Counted from the stretch's first letter, positions 8,318-18,450 are shown. The stretch: 64,000 nucleotides of DNA from Candidatus Peribacteraceae bacterium (GCA_030750465.1 JASMHZ010000002.1:1948-65947), one strand, 5' to 3'. Numbers and translations: made by a program. Notes: generated from the letters alone by a model not told the origin.

Positions 8318-10342
8318 GTGCATCTTAAAACTCCACTCTCATCTGTACTGCGAACGACAAAGGACCATCTGGAAGCTTTGCAAAGGATGGGCATAAGTAC
8401 GGTAGGGGAGTTCTTGATGTATCTTCCCAGATCGCACGAGGACTTAAGCCAGATGAGTACACTTACAACTGCGCCGCTTGATGAAAAAGTTACAATAAGA
8501 GGAAGTGTTGAAGGGCTTAAAGGCGTTAGAACAAGAAAGGGAAAGAGTTTAATTACCGGAAAGTTTATTGATCATGAAGGAGAGGTTGTGGAAGTAATAT
8601 GGTTTAACCAACCTCACATAATGAGGATGCTTAAAGAAGGCGACGAAGTTGTGATGACAGGAAAAATTGTAGAGAAGGGATACAAACTAAATTTCCAAAG
8701 CCCAACATTCGAAGTAGCGGATGACAAGCCACTTGTTCACTCAGGGCGACTAGTTCCCGTATATCCTCAACATGACATCATTAACACAAAGTGGATAAGG
8801 GAAAAGATGGTTCAGGTTAAGGATGCAATAGATTTCATTCCGGAGACTCTACCAGAAGATATAATAAAGGAAGAAAAACTGATGTGCTTGAGTGATGCAG
8901 TTAGAGCTTTGCATTTTCCTAACTTTCCGGAAGAAGTAGAGAACGCAAAAGAGCGCATGGCATTTGAAAAGATGTTCAATATGCAATTGGAAGTTTTGGA
9001 GAAGAAGAGGGAGTGGCAGGGGATTTCCGAGGAGAGGATCAAAACTCCTATGGATGTTGAGCTTATAAAAGCTTTCTTTAAATCATTAAACTTTACTCCA
9101 ACAGAAGGCCAGCGTGTTGCCATTTACGAAATTCTTAAAGATATGGAGGACTCGCATCCGATGTCGAGACTCCTTGAAGGAGATGTCGGCTCAGGTAAAA
9201 CTCTTGTAGCAATTGCGGTGATTGCCAATGCAATTAAGGATGGAGGGCAATGCGCTTTGATGGTTCCAACTGAAGTTCTGGCAAAACAGCATGTTGTATC
9301 GATTGCAAAGACACTCATAAATTTCCATAAGTTTGCAGGAGATAAAATGAAGATGAGACTTCCGACTGTAGAGCTTCTTACAGGATCTCTGACAGATTCA
9401 GACTCAAAGAAAGTTAAGCAAAGAATATTAAACGGAACAGTTGATCTTGTTATCGGAACCCATGCGCTGATAGTTGATAATGTTCAGTTTAAGGACCTCC
9501 GATTTGTTATTGTTGATGAACAACACAGATTTGGTGTTGAGCAACGCGAGAGACTTAAAGATAAAGGCAATCCGCATTTTCTTGCGATGACTGCAACTCC
9601 TATCCCAAGAACTCTTGCACTTACTGCACACGGCCATCATGACCTTTCCGTACTTTTGGAAAAACCTGGTAAACGCCAACCGATTCATACCAAGGTGGTT
9701 GCACCCAAAGGCCGTCAGACAGTCGAGAAATTCATTGACCACGAGATTGATGCAGGAAGGCAAGTGTTTGTAATTTGTCCTTTGATTCAAATTTCCGATA
9801 ACGAAGATATGGCTGAACTAAAGAGTGTTGAAGCAGAAGTTGCCCGACTCAAATTAGAGTTCCCTAGAAGGAACATTGAGTTTCTGCATGGCAAGATGAC
9901 GACTAAGGAAAAAGATGAAGTTATGAAGAACTTCAAAGAAACGAATTCAGATATTTTAGTTTCAACCTCAGTCATAGAAGTTGGAATTGATATTCCGAAT
10001 GCCGCGATTATCTGCATAGAAGGAGCCGAAAGGTTTGGTCTTGCCCAGCTTCATCAATTCAGAGGAAGGGTAGGAAGAGGGGATTACAAGAGCAATTGTT
10101 TCCTTTTTACAACAACTCCGGCTCAGGCAAATTCTCCTAGGTTAAAGGCTATGGAAGAGAATGACTCAGGATTTAAACTTGCAGAGATTGACCTGCAAAT
10201 CCGTGGGCCAGGCGAGCTATTTGGCATTAAGCAAAGTGGTATTCCGGATATTGAGCTTAGAAGGTTGTTTCAGCCTGAGTTGGTAGTAAGGGCGAGAAGA
10301 GCAGCTGAAAAAATCTTGACTCCAAAAAAACAAAGTATATGA
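8318..10342 (+). CDS. recG: ATP-dependent DNA helicase RecG
   Basis: N-terminal wedge/OB domain, GDVGSGKT, DEQHRFGV and QLHQFRGRVGRG. GTG start. Confidence 0.93.
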   Translation: MHLKTPLSSVLRTTKDHLEALQRMGISTVGEFLMYLPRSHEDLSQMSTLTTAPLDEKVTIRGSVEGLKGVRTRKGKSLITGKFIDHEGEVVEVIWFNQPHIMRMLKEGDEVVMTGKIVEKGYKLNFQSPTFEVADDKPLVHSGRLVPVYPQHDIINTKWIREKMVQVKDAIDFIPETLPEDIIKEEKLMCLSDAVRALHFPNFPEEVENAKERMAFEKMFNMQLEVLEKKREWQGISEERIKTPMDVELIKAFFKSLNFTPTEGQRVAIYEILKDMEDSHPMSRLLEGDVGSGKTLVAIAVIANAIKDGGQCALMVPTEVLAKQHVVSIAKTLINFHKFAGDKMKMRLPTVELLTGSLTDSDSKKVKQRILNGTVDLVIGTHALIVDNVQFKDLRFVIVDEQHRFGVEQRERLKDKGNPHFLAMTATPIPRTLALTAHGHHDLSVLLEKPGKRQPIHTKVVAPKGRQTVEKFIDHEIDAGRQVFVICPLIQISDNEDMAELKSVEAEVARLKLEFPRRNIEFLHGKMTTKEKDEVMKNFKETNSDILVSTSVIEVGIDIPNAAIICIEGAERFGLAQLHQFRGRVGRGDYKSNCFLFTTTPAQANSPRLKAMEENDSGFKLAEIDLQIRGPGELFGIKQSGIPDIELRRLFQPELVVRARRAAEKILTPKKQSI

Positions 10343-10535
10343 TGCCTGCTTATTCAAAGAGCCCAGAGAGCTGGTTCAGGGGGCGATTATCAGATTTCCT
10401 GATGGTACCACTTCAGAGCACCTGGAATTGGCAAGCAGAGTCGCAGCTTAAAACCTTGAAAATAATGAAAAATCAGATTGTTTCATAAATATACTCTGGT
10501 AGACTGCTTTACCGTATTCACTACTAAATTTGATT

Positions 10536-11318
10536 ATGGCAGACGACCCAACTCCACCGCCTCCAGCGGGCGGAACACCACCTCCACCGCCTCCACCTCC
10601 AGGTGGACAGCAGCCACCGCCCCACACGGGAGGCGGGGCAACGCCGTCAGCAAAGGATGGTCCTCCACCTCCAAAACCCGGAGATAAGGTACCTGATGGC
10701 GGATTGGACCCAACACAAGTCTTTTCTGCACCTCCACAACCACCTCCGGGAGCACAAGCTGGAGCTCAGCCACCATCAGGACAGGCAGGAGCTAAGGCAG
10801 GCGCACAACCTGGCGCAGGAGCACCACCTCCACCGCCTCCCCAGGACACAGGTCCTCCGCCGCCGCCTCCGGGGACTGCGGCTACCAAGGAAATGGGTTA
10901 TGACGATGAAGATATTAAGATTTTGAGAGAGGTTGGCGACTACAGATTTGGATCGATTGCTGCGGCTCTAACTAATGAAAACATTGTTGTACCGGAGCAT
11001 CCAGAAACAAAGTTTGATGAACAGTTGTTCCTGACATTGCTAAGCGGCTCAATCTCCCTTACTCGGGATGAGAAGTGGAGAATTGTTCAAGCAATACCTA
11101 ATCTTAATCAATTCCAGATTGATGAGCTTCAGAAAATTTTACAGGAAGAAAAAAAGAAGTTTTCTGAACTCAGTCCAAAGCATTTGCTACAGCTTATGAA
11201 GCTTGAGCAAAAGCATACGGAAGACTGGAAGGACCTTCAATCAGTTACAGTACAAGAAGGAGCTAAGCAAGAAGAAGATGAGCAGGCGGATGAAATAAGA
11301 AAACAACTTGGGTTGTAG
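10536..11318 (+). CDS. hypothetical protein with a ~115-aa Pro/Gly/Ala low-complexity N-terminus and a helical C-terminal domain
   Basis: PPPP runs encoded by a locally GC-rich stretch, followed by an ordinary-composition C-terminal half. ATG at 10536; the ORF track lists a TTG at 10530. Confidence 0.6.
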   Translation: MADDPTPPPPAGGTPPPPPPPPGGQQPPPHTGGGATPSAKDGPPPPKPGDKVPDGGLDPTQVFSAPPQPPPGAQAGAQPPSGQAGAKAGAQPGAGAPPPPPPQDTGPPPPPPGTAATKEMGYDDEDIKILREVGDYRFGSIAAALTNENIVVPEHPETKFDEQLFLTLLSGSISLTRDEKWRIVQAIPNLNQFQIDELQKILQEEKKKFSELSPKHLLQLMKLEQKHTEDWKDLQSVTVQEGAKQEEDEQADEIRKQLGL

Positions 11319-11342
11319 ATAGTTAATATAGATTTGGATAAT

Positions 11343-11450
11343 AATCAACACGCCCCGCTCACGCGGGGCTTTCTACAATCGACAATCAACATCTAAAAAA
11401 ATGTTGAAAGCGCACGGAGTGCGCGTGTCGATTGTCGATTGTTGATTGTC
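11343..11450. repeat. CAATCAACA-scaffold composite hairpin element, copy 1
   Basis: Two inverted units of CAATCAACA-YG-[GC hairpin]-CTTTC.ACAAT. The hairpins are CCCCGC/GCGGGG and GCGCAC/GTGCGC. It lies between convergent stop codons. Confidence 0.7.
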
Positions 11451-12016
11451 TAAGTATTTGCTCTATAGAAAACGAACACTCCGACTGCAAGCACAGTCAG
11501 CACAACTCCGCCAATAGTTCCTACCTTGATTCTTTTATATATGCTTGTGGCAAGAAGGAACAAGAAACAGGCAAGAGTGAAGCTTAGAATCAGAGGAGAA
11601 TAAAGAAATGCCAATACGTAAGGGATATCAAATGATAAAGGTTTTGTGAGCTTATAAAGACCAAGAATATAAGCTGTGAAGTAACCTACAAGAAGCCAGC
11701 CTGCATAAAGCCTAAGTGTATCTAGTAAGTGGAAATAAACTCGACGATTTTTGTTGTTGGATGGAAGTTCGTCTTTTGTGAATTTTACTTCATCATCAAC
11801 TGGAATCTCTGGAGTTGCTTGCCACTGAGGCGGTACAGATTTGATTTTCTTTGACGAATTATCTTTATTTTCGTTCAATGTTTGTTCGTGGATTTCTTCC
11901 GGAACCAGTTGAATATTTTCGAGAGCTGAGTTCGCTGCCTGCAAGCTCTCTGCGTCTATTGTTCCGCGAATAGTTTTTCCATCTTTATCCAGAGCTGTAT
12001 ATGAGAATAAAGGCAT
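11450..12016 (-). CDS. membrane protein with a GspF/PilC N-terminal-like domain
   Basis: N-terminus MPLFSYTALDKDGKTIRGTIDAESLQAANSALENIQLVPEEI resembles the start of T2SS/T4P platform proteins. The C-terminus has 3-4 TM helices. Confidence 0.5.
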   Translation of the reverse strand: MPLFSYTALDKDGKTIRGTIDAESLQAANSALENIQLVPEEIHEQTLNENKDNSSKKIKSVPPQWQATPEIPVDDEVKFTKDELPSNNKNRRVYFHLLDTLRLYAGWLLVGYFTAYILGLYKLTKPLSFDIPYVLAFLYSPLILSFTLACFLFLLATSIYKRIKVGTIGGVVLTVLAVGVFVFYRANT

Positions 12017-12025
12017 GTCTCTAGT

Positions 12026-12946
12026 TTACTCACTCTTATCCAAGTTTTCCATAATATATCTCACAGCTCCCTCTAGTGTGACCGGTGCGCTAATTTCAAA
12101 ATGACGCCCATCGGTCCAGGCCCTGTATCCAACAACATTTGGGCCTTTCTGCTTAATCTGCTTGTCCGAAACACCAAGAGAACTTATGTTTCCAGATACA
12201 AGATTTACATGTATCGGACCTGAGTACAAGTCGCCTAATTCTTCTGAACTTAATTCTACATGCCACAGAAGTGAAGATGTTGTGCCAAAGGATTTGAACC
12301 ACCAGTTGCGGTGTATTGGTACGCAGAAACCGATATGAGCCGTACAGTACTCCTGAGTCCATTGATCAGGTGTGTAGCTTTCGTTAGCCATATTCCTTAT
12401 TCTTTCCGCCAATTCTGCAGTTACTGGGGGCGTTTCAGGTTCTTCTGACGAAGAATCCGACGATTCCGAGGATTCATCATCGTCATCTTCGGTTTCTTTC
12501 TCATCATCATCTGCCTCATCGGTTTCCTCTGTTTCTTCTTCCTCTTCCGTTTCTTCCTCCTCTTTTTCCTCTTTCTCATCAACAATCAACTTCGCACTTT
12601 CTACTCTCATTATCATCCCTCCCTCCTCAACAGTAGGTCTGATAGCGCCGACCATTTCTACATGTTCACCAACGTATCCATTTAAATCCACAATGTCGCT
12701 TTCAAGCAAAATAAACTTACCAGTTTCCAACTGAAGCCTGTGGCTTCCTTGTTGATAAATGCTGATGCCCGCTGGTTTAACAACTCCCTGGTAAATAACG
12801 TTCTTTGTTTCGCGTACTTCAGCCTTTTTCTCTTCACTTGTACTGGATACCAATGGGGCAGTAGATTTCTCTTTTTTCTGCGGTGCTTTGGCACATGCGG
12901 TAGCAACAAGAGCTATAGAGGCTATACATAAAAAGTATTTTTTCAT
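12026..12946 (-). CDS. lipoprotein with an acidic E/D/S linker
   Basis: Lipobox LVATAC and a poly-E/D tract (EEKEEEETEEEEETEETDEADDDE). Confidence 0.6.
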   Translation of the reverse strand: MKKYFLCIASIALVATACAKAPQKKEKSTAPLVSSTSEEKKAEVRETKNVIYQGVVKPAGISIYQQGSHRLQLETGKFILLESDIVDLNGYVGEHVEMVGAIRPTVEEGGMIMRVESAKLIVDEKEEKEEEETEEEEETEETDEADDDEKETEDDDDESSESSDSSSEEPETPPVTAELAERIRNMANESYTPDQWTQEYCTAHIGFCVPIHRNWWFKSFGTTSSLLWHVELSSEELGDLYSGPIHVNLVSGNISSLGVSDKQIKQKGPNVVGYRAWTDGRHFEISAPVTLEGAVRYIMENLDKSE

Positions 12947-13020
12947 AATTCAAAAGGAATTGATGGGGCTATTATAACTTGTTTAGAGGTTTGCAATAGG
13001 AAATTGCGGATAATTACCGA

Positions 13021-13152
13021 AACACGCTCTAAACGAGCTCTCAACATGCTTTGCTGTCAACAATCAACACGGCGCCTTCGGCGCCTTTCAACAATTGGCA
13101 TAGTTGATAGTCGATTGTTGATTGTTGAGAGTCGCGCTTTGCGGGACGTGTT
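13021..13152. repeat. CAATCAACA-scaffold composite hairpin element, copy 2
   Basis: The ends are inverted copies of AACACG-[hairpin]-CTCTCAACA. An inner unit reads CAATCAACACG-GCGCC TTCG GGCGC-CTTTCAACAAT. Confidence 0.7.
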
Positions 13153-13153
13153 A

Positions 13154-14641
13154 TTAGTCGACTGCTGATGTATGCGTTCCTTGAGCTATTTCATCATCTT
13201 CCTCCTTCAGAACAAATTCCGTTGGCAGGCTTCTGGGGAGTGTTTTGTATCTGGATACAATCTGATTTTTCTTCGATGTTCCGTCTTCATATGTGACGTT
13301 ATAAAGCCACACAATCTCATTTCTGTACATTACTCTATCATTAATCTTAAGGTCATCCGGAGCATTTGATTTGAAATAAGGTCCTTTTAATGCAACCTCT
13401 CTTCCATCATCAATTCCATAAAATTTAACGAATGCATCTTTATCCTCGGTGTCGTAGGCCTGAATTAGAATCGGACCCGGAGTATCATTTTCGAATGTAA
13501 GATCCTGGGTGCCCGGATAAATAGTAGCGTCGATTCCAACACCGTATTTTTTATAATAATAAACATAAAGGCTATGACTTCTGCGATCAACAACCGGAAG
13601 TCCGGAATCTATAATTGCTCTATAAGTAGTAGTAGATGCCTGGCAAATACCTCCCCCGGGCGCTGGGCGAAGTTGGTCTCCTTCATATATTACCTTAGCC
13701 ATACTCCAGCCGTTTCCAAGGTTAACGGGGCCGTTTAATGTTTCGTTAAATGAATATGTTTCGCCTGGTTGAACTACGACGTTATGTACATGCTGTCTGA
13801 TTGCTTTTCTTACGTTTCTCATCCTCGACCATGTTGATCCTGTAAAATTAGAACGTCCTGCCCCTAGAAGTGTCAGTTTTCCATCGTCATCACCGTTGTC
13901 GTATGTAACTTCTCCTTCTCTCCATTCAAGATCAAATGAAACTTCCTCATCCCCATTTTCCAGGGATTTGGCAATTTTCTTGGAAGCTTTCTTAATATCA
14001 AGATCATATCCCGGCATTGCAATCCCATCGGTATGTGCTCGCAGGACTGATCCACTTAGCGATGTCTCAGTCAGTGTGATGTCATTAGGAAACACCAGAA
14101 AAAGGAGGGGATCTGTTTCCAGTTGCTTGGCAATTCTCTTTGGACTTACTTTGTATCTTGCTTCGGTCAATGAAAACTTTGACGTAAGCCATAAAGGATA
14201 CTTCTGAAGGCTTACATCCCAAACTTCATCAAGCTCATTTTCTTCCGATGTAAATTTAACATCTATTTTATTCTTAAGTACCTTTTGACGTTTATCTATT
14301 GCGTATGCAAGCGTGTGAATATTAGGTGTCGGGGCTTTGTTTTTTTTCAATCTCTTCTTGAGCCTTTTAGCTATTCGGTAATTAATTGTATCGGGATACA
14401 CAGCTCTATCATTAAATGACGAAATAATCTTTGCATTAAAGTTGCTGGATAGGTCCATCCTTTTCTCCTGAGACACTTTAGGAGCACGTTTTTTGGCTTC
14501 TACGGCAAATTCAGGAGATACTGAGGCTTTGTAGACTGAATATGACGGACTGGAATCCGGAATTGCTACAGTTATTGTCAAAATACTTAAACATATGGCT
14601 GTAGCGTGTGAAAGGTGGCGTTCTCGTCTTGTCATGTTCAT
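13154..14641 (-). CDS. VanW-family protein with an N-terminal TM anchor
   Basis: VanW core motif GGGICQASTTTYRA and an N-terminal hydrophobic helix. Confidence 0.8.
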   Translation of the reverse strand: MNMTRRERHLSHATAICLSILTITVAIPDSSPSYSVYKASVSPEFAVEAKKRAPKVSQEKRMDLSSNFNAKIISSFNDRAVYPDTINYRIAKRLKKRLKKNKAPTPNIHTLAYAIDKRQKVLKNKIDVKFTSEENELDEVWDVSLQKYPLWLTSKFSLTEARYKVSPKRIAKQLETDPLLFLVFPNDITLTETSLSGSVLRAHTDGIAMPGYDLDIKKASKKIAKSLENGDEEVSFDLEWREGEVTYDNGDDDGKLTLLGAGRSNFTGSTWSRMRNVRKAIRQHVHNVVVQPGETYSFNETLNGPVNLGNGWSMAKVIYEGDQLRPAPGGGICQASTTTYRAIIDSGLPVVDRRSHSLYVYYYKKYGVGIDATIYPGTQDLTFENDTPGPILIQAYDTEDKDAFVKFYGIDDGREVALKGPYFKSNAPDDLKINDRVMYRNEIVWLYNVTYEDGTSKKNQIVSRYKTLPRSLPTEFVLKEEDDEIAQGTHTSAVD

Positions 14642-14710
14642 GTTGTTGTCAAAAGTCTGTTTTCTTTGTGTTATTATACTATATATACAGAATATTGCAA
14701 GTATTAAGAA

Positions 14711-16549
14711 ATGTTGTTGAGTACCAAATATTTGTATAAAGTTCGATATATGAAAGAACTTCGGCTAGAGAAAGCGGTTATAACGCTTTCAATAATAACT
14801 TTGGGCATATTTTCATTTTCACTTTCAAATGATTTTGTAGCATTTGATGACGACCTTTTGATATATGAAAATCCGATAGTTTTGGAGTTCAATGGTTCAA
14901 CTTTGTGGAGAGCATTCACAACTTATGATCCTGAGTTGTACGTTCCTCTGACTATTCTCAGCTACCAGATAGAGAGAGCATTATTTGGCTTAAATCCCTT
15001 CATTTTTCATCTGACCAATCTACTTTTGCACCTCGGATCGGTGCTTTTAGTCTTTTATTGTGCTTTGAAGCTGGCCTGGAAGAAAATGGAATATTCAGAC
15101 GCTTTCTGGGTTGGATTGGTCTGCTCAATAATATTTGCTATTCATCCTTTGAACGCAGAGGCGGTCGCATGGGCTGCGGCGCGCAAAGATATTCTCTCGT
15201 CCTTTTTCTTCTTCGCGTCATTCGCCTTTTACATTAGATACTTGGAAGGGGAGGGGAAGCGTCCTTTTATGTGGAGTCTTGTGATGTTTCTTCTGGCTCT
15301 CGGAGCGAAAGCGTCTGTGATCATGCTTCCATTGATACTCGTACTTGTTGATCTTTGGTATAAAAGAAAAATTAGAATAGAAATGGTAATAGATAAAATT
15401 CCATTTGTTCTGCTCAGTGTCATCTTTGGAATTATTGCGATGCTTGGAAAGCAGATGCAGTTGGCTGGTCTTTCTTTAGCTCAGAAACTGTTTCTATCTG
15501 CGAAGGGCAGTGTGTTTTATGTAGGAAAGCTCATATGGCCCAGCAAGCTAAATATTTTCTATCCTCAGGAGTTTCCGTTTGACGTTTATACAGCTGAGTT
15601 GGTGTTCTATGCGGCAGTACTCGTTATCGGAGCAGTGCTGGCAATAGTCTCTTTAAGGAAGAATCGAGTGTTATTCTTCGGGCTGGCATTTTATCTGCTG
15701 ATGCTGATCCCTACGTTTGCAACCTTTTGGAAGAATGGATTTGTATATTACGCAACAGATAGATATCCATACGCGGCACAATTCGGATTAATTCTGGTTC
15801 TAACTTTTGCATTGGTGCCTAAAATCAGATCTTGCAAGAGACTCAATGTTGTAGCTTGTGCGAGTATTGCGCTGACGGTTTTTGTTTCTTTCCTGACGAT
15901 GAGACAATTAGATGTCTGGAAAGACAGCGAAGCATTATTCAGAAATGCTCTGAAATACAATCCAACTTCGGTTCATGCTCTTAATAATCTGGGTACTTCA
16001 TTGTACGATTTAGATAAGATGGATGAGGCGATTGCCGCTTACGATCAAGCGATTGAAATTAATTCCTATATTCCTCAAGTACATACAAATAAAGGTTTAC
16101 TTCTTATCAAGCAGAAGAAAGTGGAAGAGGCAAAGCGAGAATTTATTGCCGGCATTGAAAATGCTCCAAAGAATAGAATGTATATAGAGGATGATCTGTT
16201 GGCATATTATCAGCTCGCAAAGATTCTGGATGAACAAGGGCAATTGCATGAAGCAATCAGAGTACTTGAGAATGCGGCGAAAACTGGGAGTGCATTCGCG
16301 TCATCCCATTATTATCTTGGAATTAAGTACCAGCAGATAGGGGATAAGGAGGGAGCTTATAAAGAGTTCAAGTCAGCTACAGAAATTGATAAAAGGCATG
16401 TTGATGCACATTATCGTTTAGCGGCAGTTAGCGCCGAGCTTGGCAATCTTGATGAAGCGGTTGATGCACTTAAGCGAGTCCAGAGATTGCATCCCGGATA
16501 CGAGCAGACCGAAAAGCATTTGGAAAATATGAGGGATTTGATTAAGTAA
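14711..16549 (+). CDS. PMT/ArnT-like (DUF1736-type) membrane glycosyltransferase fused to C-terminal TPR repeats
   Basis: About 10 TM helices with HPLNAEAVAWAAARKDIL, then TPR units (ALNNLGTSLY..., AHYRLAAVSAELG...). An alternative ATG lies at 14750. Confidence 0.65.
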   Translation: MLLSTKYLYKVRYMKELRLEKAVITLSIITLGIFSFSLSNDFVAFDDDLLIYENPIVLEFNGSTLWRAFTTYDPELYVPLTILSYQIERALFGLNPFIFHLTNLLLHLGSVLLVFYCALKLAWKKMEYSDAFWVGLVCSIIFAIHPLNAEAVAWAAARKDILSSFFFFASFAFYIRYLEGEGKRPFMWSLVMFLLALGAKASVIMLPLILVLVDLWYKRKIRIEMVIDKIPFVLLSVIFGIIAMLGKQMQLAGLSLAQKLFLSAKGSVFYVGKLIWPSKLNIFYPQEFPFDVYTAELVFYAAVLVIGAVLAIVSLRKNRVLFFGLAFYLLMLIPTFATFWKNGFVYYATDRYPYAAQFGLILVLTFALVPKIRSCKRLNVVACASIALTVFVSFLTMRQLDVWKDSEALFRNALKYNPTSVHALNNLGTSLYDLDKMDEAIAAYDQAIEINSYIPQVHTNKGLLLIKQKKVEEAKREFIAGIENAPKNRMYIEDDLLAYYQLAKILDEQGQLHEAIRVLENAAKTGSAFASSHYYLGIKYQQIGDKEGAYKEFKSATEIDKRHVDAHYRLAAVSAELGNLDEAVDALKRVQRLHPGYEQTEKHLENMRDLIK

Positions 16550-16560
16550 TTGGTGGAGCT
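16550..16560. repeat. 11-bp copy of the tRNA-Ala 3' end (possible distal att)
   Basis: TTGGTGGAGCT is identical to 19158-19168, which is the 3' end of the minus-strand tRNA-Ala. Confidence 0.4.
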
Positions 16561-16771
16561 AGCTCGATCAATTTCAAACTCGTTCGGCTCTTCAAAACGG
16601 ATGCGATGACACTAGCAGAAACACTTCATGGATTGAAGATTTCATTGGATACGACCATTTTGACACTTCGCAACCCACCAGAGATGCGGCGTATGCTGGT
16701 CATGTAAAGGTGGTGCCTGTCAATGAGCTAGATCGAGTGATTTCAAACTTTAACAAAATAATTAAGTATGG

Positions 16772-16777
16772 TATAAT
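16772..16777 (+). promoter_or_regulatory. -10 box TATAAT, 6 nt before the ATG (leaderless-type start)
   Basis: The sequence ggTATAATtatactATG would place the transcription start at or next to the start codon at 16784. Confidence 0.35.
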
Positions 16778-16783
16778 TATACT

Positions 16784-18361
16784 ATGTCTTCCCCGTTCAG
16801 CGGAGGCCCGAGTGATTCAGAGGCCCACCCACTTAAAGCCAAGCATGCAGATGATTCACTTTCAGCATATCTTCCACGGCAAGGACATGATGAATTGAAG
16901 GCAATGGCCATTCATGTTCCTACTGGACATGGAGCATTGAGAGCGGGAGAGGGTGTAACAGTAGATGGTGGTCAATATGTAGTACGAGAAAGACTTGAAT
17001 CAGTTTTTGCAAACAGTGGATCGACTCTCGAAGAAGATGTTGTGCCAGTAGATGAAATCCTTAGTGAACTTGGCGAAGAAAGATCAGAGCCAGAGAAGGG
17101 GGTAAGGAATGCTCCACAGATTGTGGCCATAGGAAAAGAAACTGCAAAGCGTGTTGGAGATGCAGTTGATAAAGGATACTTCCCAATCATTATGGGGGGA
17201 GATCACTCCACCATGGTGATGGGATTTCCTGAGATGCTCGATAGATATCCAGACCCAGATGATCCAGAGTACAGCTCACTCAAGCTTGTCTTCATTGATG
17301 CCCATCCAGACATACTGCAAGATCCTGGTGAAGACGTGGGGAATGCCCATGGCAGAACAATCAGCACACTACTTGGTAAAGGGCCAAAAGATCTTATGCC
17401 TACAATGGAAGGTAGACGCAAGTTGCGACCAGAAAATATTCTCTACGTGGGAATCAGTAAGCCCGATGAGGATGAGAGAGATTTTATTCGTGACGAAAAA
17501 ATACAATGTTGGGATCTTGATAAAATGAGGAGAGATCCCCAAGGATTCTATAAGGCTGTACAGGAGTTTCTGACAGTTGAAAGAGATGGCCAGCAGTTTG
17601 CTACTCCTTTCTTTGCTGAGTTCGATCCAGATGTTTTATGCAAAAGAGATAGTAAAGGCACCCCCATGACTTCTGATGAAGGCATGGAGCGCAAAGAACT
17701 TTACAGTTTAGGTCGCCTTCTTAGTGCCCAAGGAGATCTGGTTGGAATGGGTACTGCTGAAGTGGCGCCTAAGCTCGATGTTGATGGTGGCACCGCTGAA
17801 AGTGTAAGTGGCTTCATGGCTCGTGCACTTGGAAAAGGTGACCCTGAGTACTATCACGAATACGATCCACATGCAGAGACTGGTGGACCTGCAGAGGTTA
17901 CTGTTGTGGGTAGACAAAGAAGTAGATGGCTAAGAAAGTTGTCAGGAGTGGCAGCGGGACTTGCTGCAGGTGTAGGGGGCTTGATCGTTGGACATCAGGC
18001 AAGTCAACACAACAAACCTACTGTTGCTGTAGTCAGACCTCACGATGATGAAGCAAAAACCAGCACTCCTGTTTTACAAGCTCGTGCTGATTTCCTTGGT
18101 CAGTTTAGCAGGTCAGGCTTTCGTGAGACTGCTGCACGTTTACGAATGGCAGCAGACCTTGGTGACCAGAATGGCGTGGAAGATGCATTGGATGACCTGG
18201 TAAGGACCTATACAACCGCAGCAAATGCTACTCCAAATGATGGGACAGAAAGCGATCTGGGGAGACTGACACTGAGCGAATTTGTTGGAGGATTTGGTTG
18301 GGATGGTGATTTGGACTCTTACTATCAGCAATTTCTTTCGAAGAAGCGGGAGCATGCCTAG
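16784..18361 (+). CDS. ureohydrolase (arginase/agmatinase/formiminoglutamase) superfamily protein with a TM helix and a C-terminal extension
   Basis: Motifs IMGGDHS, FIDAHPD and EFDPD. Hydrophobic segment VAAGLAAGVGGLIVG near aa 390. The gene is visibly more GC-rich than its flanks. Confidence 0.7.
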   Translation: MSSPFSGGPSDSEAHPLKAKHADDSLSAYLPRQGHDELKAMAIHVPTGHGALRAGEGVTVDGGQYVVRERLESVFANSGSTLEEDVVPVDEILSELGEERSEPEKGVRNAPQIVAIGKETAKRVGDAVDKGYFPIIMGGDHSTMVMGFPEMLDRYPDPDDPEYSSLKLVFIDAHPDILQDPGEDVGNAHGRTISTLLGKGPKDLMPTMEGRRKLRPENILYVGISKPDEDERDFIRDEKIQCWDLDKMRRDPQGFYKAVQEFLTVERDGQQFATPFFAEFDPDVLCKRDSKGTPMTSDEGMERKELYSLGRLLSAQGDLVGMGTAEVAPKLDVDGGTAESVSGFMARALGKGDPEYYHEYDPHAETGGPAEVTVVGRQRSRWLRKLSGVAAGLAAGVGGLIVGHQASQHNKPTVAVVRPHDDEAKTSTPVLQARADFLGQFSRSGFRETAARLRMAADLGDQNGVEDALDDLVRTYTTAANATPNDGTESDLGRLTLSEFVGGFGWDGDLDSYYQQFLSKKREHA

Positions 18362-18450
18362 AGGGAATTATCAAATCGCCCTAACTCTCCAAGAGGCAGG
18401 AGGCTCCAGTTAAAAGTGGGGGTCTGAAATTACAATATTGTAGGACTGCC

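Noticed and set aside
10478-10926. Three overlapping ORFs (10478-10687 on the plus strand, 10534-10776 on the minus strand, 10603-10926 on the plus strand) in the GC-rich tract.
   Set aside because: They are by-products of the stop-poor CCN/GGN repeats that encode the Pro/Gly tract of the 10536-11318 gene.
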